The position numbers and the translations under genes are program-made. Below, one piece after another: positions 57,950 through 64,000 of a stretch of DNA of 64,000 bases; position 1 is the stretch's first letter, and every line of letters begins with the position of its first letter. Origin of the DNA: Flectonema sp. DT1601 (lineage: Eukaryota); NCBI GenBank assembly GCA_964019425.1, contig OZ025802.1, positions 1-64,000 on the forward strand. Reading direction: 5' to 3'. The notes under the pieces were generated by a model. It saw only the letters and a program-made list of their open reading frames with translations. It did not search any database and was not told the DNA's origin.

Positions 57950-58119
57950 ATACAGGAGTGGTGCCACATTCCAGGTACCGTGAGCTTACTCAGGCCTTGG
58001 TTCTGCAGACGCACAAACCCGTGTAGGATACGCCCACGAATTACTGCAGTGCTACCCCCGCAGTTCACGCACCAGACGTAGCGATCTTGCACTACCCGTC
58101 TTGAAACACGGACCAAGGA
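57950..58119 (+). pseudogene. Short LSU (28S-type) rRNA-derived fragment
   Basis: ACCCGTCTTGAAACACGGACCAAGGA (58094-58119) is the conserved motif at the end of the D2 region. The preceding GC-richer ~140 bp is presumed D2; left boundary approximate. Confidence 0.75.
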
Positions 58120-58326
58120 ACTACTGTCGGATGCATTATCCTGACGACCATTTCAAAAGGAGAGGATCAAGAGGAGCCCATTCAGACATCAGCACTTCAT
58201 CAAGTGCCACACTTTTAATGAATACATCTCCACACATAGCCTGCCTTCAACTGCTTTCGGCATCAGGATCTACCTCCTTGCGGAGTTGCTGTATTGCAGA
58301 CAACACTGCTTAACTTCTCATCAGTT

Positions 58327-60522
58327 TTACTTAGTGTGATACGTATCGAATCGAACGGTGTCAACATCCGATCCCATGGTCGGGTTGGCGTTGAATGTCG
58401 GAACTTCCGATCCCATAGTCGGGTTGGCGTTGTGAAGACGAGTGTCAAATCGAACGGTGTCAACCTCCGATCCCATGGTTGGGTTGGCGTTGAATGTTGG
58501 AACTTCCGATCCCATGGTTGGGACGGCGTTGTGAAGACGAGTGTCAAATCGAACGGTGTCAACCTCTGATCTTATGGTAGGGGTGGCACCGAAAGTTGGA
58601 ACAGATGAGAAAGTCGGAGAATGTGAAGCGGTAGCAGTTTGCTGAGTTTGATGTGGTGCTGACACTGGTACCGAGCCGTGTTGAAGGGATCCAGTGGGTG
58701 TATATTGCTCTTGGGTTGAGCTTTGAGTTTTAAGAGATAGCGGCATACTATTAGAAGTGTCCATAGTAGTAAGCTTAGACTTCTCAGAGGAATTAACTGT
58801 GTACATTGAACCTTCAACAGGATTAGTAGGTGAAGTTAAAATAGATTCACCCCCAGTCACAATAAGAGCTTCAATGTGATTATCGATATCTGACAACTCT
58901 GAAGAGCGTGTGAGTGCTGGGTACATTTTAAACCACGGATGTAAACGCAGGGCTTCGCATGTTGGCCGTTGGTCAACATCTCTTGTGAAACATTGGCTTA
59001 GAAAGTCCATACAATTCTCTGAAAGCCCATCAGGAATACCGTCCGGCATCCCTGTGCTCTTTCCGATTTTATATAACGCCCCCCACTGTGTGTCAAATAT
59101 TCCCCACAATGGTTTTCCTTTATTTAATACTTCTACAGCCAATGCCCCCAAACTCCAAACGTCAACTTTCTCGTTGTGTGAAAGCTTCCCTTCGCCGAGG
59201 ATCACTTCGGGTGCCATCCAGTTGGGAGTTCCACAAATTGTCTTCGCACCCATCGTTGTTTGAACTTCCTTGGAGCTGCCGAAGTCGCTTATTTTGCAAA
59301 CCCCAGAAGTGTGAACAAGAACATTCTCTCCTTTAATGTCCCGGTGGATTATTCCATTTGAGTGTAAGTAAGCAAGTCCTGCCAATACCTGAGCGACGTA
59401 AGCAATTCCTTGATTCTCTCTAAGGCGACTATTCATACTGCGAACTAATGCTCCCAAAGAACCTCCCGGAACGTACTCCATAAAAAGACTGATTTCTTGA
59501 CTCTCTGGAGAGAACGATGCGTAGTAATAAGTAACCACATTAGGGTGAGATAATATTCTCATTGTTTGTACTTCCTGAATGTCTTGTTTAATTTCTTCCC
59601 TTGAGCGGCTTGCAGCAGAAAGCACCTTCGCCGCGAGAGAAGTTCCATTTGAAAGGAGAATCAGATACACAGTACCAAACTGACCACGACCAAGAGAAGA
59701 TCCTCTTGTGAATTCTTTGCTCTTTATGAGTTCTACAATTTCAGCCTTACCAGGTGTCGTATGTAAGTCAACAGAGTCGACTGAAATCCCGTCTTCAGAG
59801 TCGGGGGCATTCTTAGTAGTTATCACTACCTGGTCTGCTTCTGGAGTTTGTTTTTCATTTGGAAATGAATCGATATTTCTTTGGTCATCTTGTTTCCGCT
59901 TCCAGCAACAGTAACCAATTATTGTCGCGACTATTAAGACCACAGCAGACGCGACTACGGGGATAATTATTTTGAGATTGTCGTCTGAGTTGGAGGCGGC
60001 GGGGGTGGCGCTGGCGCTGGTGTCAGTAGTTGGAAAGTTCGGGTTCACAGGAAGAGGTCTGCCACCCGGGCATTGTGCAGGAATAATTGGCAACACACCA
60101 GGTGGGAATGAGACGGGCGCCATCGCATTTCTAAACGCCTCCATCAAGTGCTGAGTATCAATGTCTGTTACGCAACCAGAACAATCACAAACCCACGGAC
60201 CTTCACAAGTACAACTGTTATCAATAAGAGTTCGAGCACACGCATTGTACTCACAGAAAGCATCGACAGATACTATTTTAACTTCGAAACCTTCATCTTC
60301 AATTCTCTGTCTCGTATTATCAGGTACCGCATCAAAGCAAATACAGTCAACGCAGTCGCAGTGTGTTTCTGTGCAAGTATAAAAATCATCGGCACACTGC
60401 TGTCCCAAAGAAGTACCAATCACCACCGCGAACACAATAAATGAAAACGCTATCATCTTGTGTGTCGACTCTGACCAGGAAAATAATAACGAAGAAAATG
60501 AACACAACACATTCGACAACAA
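58327..60522 (-). CDS. Paralogous receptor-like STE11/MAP3K-type kinase with signal peptide
   Basis: Hydrophobic leader (likely start MIAFSF), Cys-rich ectodomain, TM, full kinase motifs, C-terminal SEVDTVRFD repeats (~96-bp period, ~58340-58570). Confidence 0.9.
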   Translation of the reverse strand: MLSNVLCSFSSLLFSWSESTHKMIAFSFIVFAVVIGTSLGQQCADDFYTCTETHCDCVDCICFDAVPDNTRQRIEDEGFEVKIVSVDAFCEYNACARTLIDNSCTCEGPWVCDCSGCVTDIDTQHLMEAFRNAMAPVSFPPGVLPIIPAQCPGGRPLPVNPNFPTTDTSASATPAASNSDDNLKIIIPVVASAVVLIVATIIGYCCWKRKQDDQRNIDSFPNEKQTPEADQVVITTKNAPDSEDGISVDSVDLHTTPGKAEIVELIKSKEFTRGSSLGRGQFGTVYLILLSNGTSLAAKVLSAASRSREEIKQDIQEVQTMRILSHPNVVTYYYASFSPESQEISLFMEYVPGGSLGALVRSMNSRLRENQGIAYVAQVLAGLAYLHSNGIIHRDIKGENVLVHTSGVCKISDFGSSKEVQTTMGAKTICGTPNWMAPEVILGEGKLSHNEKVDVWSLGALAVEVLNKGKPLWGIFDTQWGALYKIGKSTGMPDGIPDGLSENCMDFLSQCFTRDVDQRPTCEALRLHPWFKMYPALTRSSELSDIDNHIEALIVTGGESILTSPTNPVEGSMYTVNSSEKSKLTTMDTSNSMPLSLKTQSSTQEQYTPTGSLQHGSVPVSAPHQTQQTATASHSPTFSSVPTFGATPTIRSEVDTVRFDTRLHNAVPTMGSEVPTFNANPTMGSEVDTVRFDTRLHNANPTMGSEVPTFNANPTMGSDVDTVRFDTYHTK

Positions 60523-60618
60523 CGAAAGTAATTAAAAGAAGTTATTGATTACAATAAATGAATAAAATGTGTAAATGATATTATTCTACGACAATGTAAT
60601 GTAAAGTGAGACAATAAT

Positions 60619-62337
60619 TTAGTCGTCGATTCCCAAGAAAGTCGGTTTCCTGATGCGGGTGTTGGCAACACCAACAGTGGAATGGGAATCACTGTTTTCG
60701 TTGGGTATCTCCGGATCAGAATTTCCGAATGCCTGCGTTTCTGAAATTGTACTGCGAGAATCGTTTAGTTTGTCCTTGAGTGCTGTTGGCGACAACTGAA
60801 TCTGTGCTGCTTCCATCTCTTCAATAATGTCACAGACTGTGAGATGTTTAGTTGTCCTTTTCGTGTTCTCATCATTTCGATTACAAATCTGACGTCTGAA
60901 ATCATCATCATCGAGAGATCGAAGTGACCGCAGTAATGTGTCTGTAGTTTCTTGTTTATGAAGAGAGTCGAATTGTATTTTTATCGAAGAGTAGTTTATA
61001 GCATCTGCTGATATCAAATTATCGAAGTGAGTCGCGTTGTGCATCGATCTCTGCGTTTGTTCGTCAAGTCCATTTAAAGCTTTCTGTTGACGTTTAGCGA
61101 TGGCTTGCATTTCTTCTTCCCATCTATCTTCATTCACGCGAGTCATTTGTCTGCGGGTATCAGTTACTTCCTTCTCAAGGTGTCTGCTGTTGGCTCGTCG
61201 CACTTCCTCTTGTCTCCTAATTCGGGTAAACTCTTCACGTTGGCGAAGTAACCGGAGTTGGTTCTCTCTTCGAATAGTTTCAATGTTGACTGACAGCGGA
61301 GAGTTGTCTTCTTTCTGTTCTATTTGTTGGGTACTCGCACCTGATAAGTTACTCTCGTCTTCGGCTGAGGGCGCATCTTGTTCGGTAACTGACTTAACTT
61401 CTTGATTAAGATTTGATGTGATGGAATGCTGCGGAGTTACATTGCACTCTGTCAGCAGTTGAGTTGGAGTTGGAGAGCAGATATTGTGACTCTGATAATC
61501 TCTGGAACCTTCTTCAAGTTGCTTATCAATTACTGTTTGAGGTACATCATATAATTGCTTTAGACTTGAAAAGTGTTTTTCATTGTTTTGAGCGATCGTT
61601 CTCATCTCCAACTGAAACGCTTCCTCAGCAGCGCGCTCATAACGAAGACGCGATTGAGTTATGTCGAAGTTAGAAGAATTGTCGTATTCTGATTGCCTTC
61701 GCAATCGCATTACGTTGGTATGAATATTGTGTTGCTTGTGCAGGAGTGATTTACGCAAGGAATGTGAAAGCTGATTCAGTCGAAAAGTGTCTTTTGTTAT
61801 TTCATTATTCGCATTCCTAATCGATTTCTGTTTGAAATCATTCAGTTGCTGATCGTTGAGGTGTTGAAGTCTTTTGTTGAGTAGCTGTCGCTGTTCTTCT
61901 CGTTGAGATGTTTTTGTTTGAATCCACTGGTCGTGTGACTTGCGGTTTGCTTTCCTCTCTTGTATTTGGTGAAGCTCTTCATCGACGAGTCTTGCCTGAG
62001 AGATTGACATTTGGAGGTCATTGTCAAGTCGGATTTGTTCAACGTTGAGTTTGTGTCGTTCTTCTCTGATTGCTTCTCGTTCCCGTGCGATGTTTGTTCG
62101 TACCGCCCGCTGGTTGGCTAAACACTGTTCGTAATCAGATTGTTTTTTTCGAGTTTTTTCTGACTCAACAATTGAATCAAACGCATCGAACTGCCGTCGG
62201 TGCATTGCCTGCTCTGCTTCTATCAAATCCCCTTCACTTCCTTCATATTCAAATCTATTCTTTACTTTCTTTATCCATTCCTTTCTCACACCAACACTCG
62301 AACTCAAACCAAGAGCACCAATTGCCTGAATAGCCAT
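60619..62337 (-). CDS. Hypothetical coiled-coil protein (572 aa)
   Basis: Long ATG-initiated ORF rich in E/Q/R, co-oriented with its neighbours. Confidence 0.75.
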   Translation of the reverse strand: MAIQAIGALGLSSSVGVRKEWIKKVKNRFEYEGSEGDLIEAEQAMHRRQFDAFDSIVESEKTRKKQSDYEQCLANQRAVRTNIAREREAIREERHKLNVEQIRLDNDLQMSISQARLVDEELHQIQERKANRKSHDQWIQTKTSQREEQRQLLNKRLQHLNDQQLNDFKQKSIRNANNEITKDTFRLNQLSHSLRKSLLHKQHNIHTNVMRLRRQSEYDNSSNFDITQSRLRYERAAEEAFQLEMRTIAQNNEKHFSSLKQLYDVPQTVIDKQLEEGSRDYQSHNICSPTPTQLLTECNVTPQHSITSNLNQEVKSVTEQDAPSAEDESNLSGASTQQIEQKEDNSPLSVNIETIRRENQLRLLRQREEFTRIRRQEEVRRANSRHLEKEVTDTRRQMTRVNEDRWEEEMQAIAKRQQKALNGLDEQTQRSMHNATHFDNLISADAINYSSIKIQFDSLHKQETTDTLLRSLRSLDDDDFRRQICNRNDENTKRTTKHLTVCDIIEEMEAAQIQLSPTALKDKLNDSRSTISETQAFGNSDPEIPNENSDSHSTVGVANTRIRKPTFLGIDD

Positions 62338-62692
62338 CTTTTTGGAATCCTGCTGCTAAGTAGTCAATCCCTTGAAAGAAAAGATCACAACATATCGGTA
62401 ATAGAAACTTAAAGGCCTTTCTCAAAAAGAAGGGATATAAAAAGGATAAAATCGGCGCAAACAGGAACCAGCGGATCGCAACAAGCACCGAACGCTCACC
62501 GAGCAGTATCTCTTTTCTAAAGGACGATCGAAGGGGTTCACTCTTAACATTTCACACATCAGCAACTCGCGAAAAGTCGCACGGAGGGGGCATACACCTC
62601 GAATCGATGTCTCCCAAGATATGTATTTCGAGATCATCTGCTTCCCAAGACTTCGTCTGTTTTTAATTTTATGTTTTTGTTCTTTAATTTAA

Positions 62693-64000
62693 TTAGTTTT
62701 TGAACTTGACGTCGACACTAACAAAACATACGAAGGGTTTCGACTCATTGCTGGTTTTAAAACGAATTTTGTAAACAATGCCGTCTGTTGATTCTTCCTT
62801 CACGACACCCATCGTGTGGGCGTCGAGCATTAGTTTGTCTCCGATTTTCCACTCCTTTGTAATACGTACTATTTGACCTACAGGAAGGAACTTTCCAGTC
62901 GCGCTGGTAAATTGCGGTTGCGAATGCATCGCTGTCGGAAGTGGCGTCAGAAGTGTTGGTTTTGGTGTTGCAGGAGTTGGTGCTGGAGTTGGCCTTTGTG
63001 TTGGTACCGGAGTTGGCTTTGGTGTTGGCGGTGGAGTTGGCTTTTGTGTTGGTACCGGAGTTGGCTTTGGTGTTGGCGGTGGAGTTGGCTTTGGTGTTGG
63101 TGTCGGAGTTGGCTTTGGTGTTGGCGGTGGAGTTGGCTTTGGTGTTGGCATCGGAGTAGGTTTGGCAGTCAACACATTCGATCCTCTCCCTCTACCCCGA
63201 CTCCCCCCACCTCCTCTAGCTGCTCCAGGTATTAGTGGAGGCGGAATTGGTGTTTCTTTCGTAGGCACTGGCGTTGGAACAGTTTTTTTAAGTTGTTCCT
63301 CTGCCTGGTCCTTAATTGTATCAGAAACTAATTCCAATTCCATGTCTTTGTACCAAAAGGTACCACCATGTGGTCCTCTCACTAAATACGAATCACTACG
63401 AGATGTGTCAATATCGATAATTGTTCCAACCTCTCCAACATCGAGGACTCCCTCCACTCGAGCATACTTCCGAAGTCGAATAGAATCTCCAGCACCCATA
63501 ACTGGTGGTGGTGTTCGAGGTGCTGAAGGAGGAACTGCTGTGTGGTTACTTTCAACATGGCTGACTTCTGACCTGCTGTTCTCTGGAACAACTAATAACG
63601 GAATTGCATACGGATCGACTACTAAAGAAATCGGCCACACATACGATTTGTTATTCGCGTACATCAACTGCACTACTTCCGTAGCGAGTGAAAAAGCTTC
63701 TTTCACAGGAATAACAACACCAGATTCTCCGCAGTGAGAAACTTGAGCTTCAACGAAGTAAGTAGAGAGTCGTGTTTCGAGAAACTGTTGAGTGCAGTCA
63801 GTCCGTGAGACTGCAGCAATGATTCCGATGTCAGGTTTGTGTTTTATGTGTTTGCGAAGAGAAGAAACCGGAATCCATCTTCCATGAGTTCCGTGTGCGT
63901 CACTAGACTCATCAATTGAGACCATTGATGTTGATTTGTTAGCTGTACGAACAGTTACAATATTCCAACTACCTGCTACTGCAACGTTTTGTTGTGGATG
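62693..64000 (-). CDS. Hypothetical protein, 5'-partial; SH3-like segment and Pro/Thr repeat (24-bp period, ~62960-63165)
   Basis: Frame stays open to the window edge; [23 protein letters not shown] and (PTPKPTPP)n. Confidence 0.75.
   Translation of the reverse strand, partial: HPQQNVAVAGSWNIVTVRTANKSTSMVSIDESSDAHGTHGRWIPVSSLRKHIKHKPDIGIIAAVSRTDCTQQFLETRLSTYFVEAQVSHCGESGVVIPVKEAFSLATEVVQLMYANNKSYVWPISLVVDPYAIPLLVVPENSRSEVSHVESNHTAVPPSAPRTPPPVMGAGDSIRLRKYARVEGVLDVGEVGTIIDIDTSRSDSYLVRGPHGGTFWYKDMELELVSDTIKDQAEEQLKKTVPTPVPTKETPIPPPLIPGAARGGGGSRGRGRGSNVLTAKPTPMPTPKPTPPPTPKPTPTPTPKPTPPPTPKPTPVPTQKPTPPPTPKPTPVPTQRPTPAPTPATPKPTLLTPLPTAMHSQPQFTSATGKFLPVGQIVRITKEWKIGDKLMLDAHTMGVVKEESTDGIVYKIRFKTSNESKPFVCFVSVDVKFKN

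Noticed and set aside
47666..63737. Plus-strand ORFs overlapping the host genes
   Set aside because: Antisense shadows of real minus-strand CDSs and their repeats.

Overview
Eukaryotic subtelomere-like region, most likely from a diplonemid (Euglenozoa). Evidence: a 38-nt euglenozoan spliced-leader (SL) mini-exon at 26191-26228, mostly intron-free genes all on the minus strand, and RHS/Crinkler-type genes. Bases 1-12549 are a near-perfect (TTTGCGGG)n array of about 1,570 units, with the G-rich strand pointing inward, opposite to a normal left telomere. From 12.5 to 42 kb is a mosaic of retroelement relics, an AT-rich satellite, short internal copies of the octamer in both orientations and CR/RHS-type effector genes. 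It also holds one apparently intact 6.9-kb LINE (ORF1 plus APE-RT-RNase H ORF2) with four unusual features. The LINE begins exactly with the SL exon. ORF1 and ORF2 are in frame and separated only by UAG-CAA-CUA (a readthrough context). A 2A/StopGo-like peptide sits just before ORF2. The element is flanked by an ~800-bp duplication of a gag-like gene. From 45 to 64 kb are ordinary host genes: a multi-DOMON ferric reductase, a C5orf34-like gene, two receptor-like STE kinases and two hypothetical proteins. All family calls are by eye from motifs; no searches were run.
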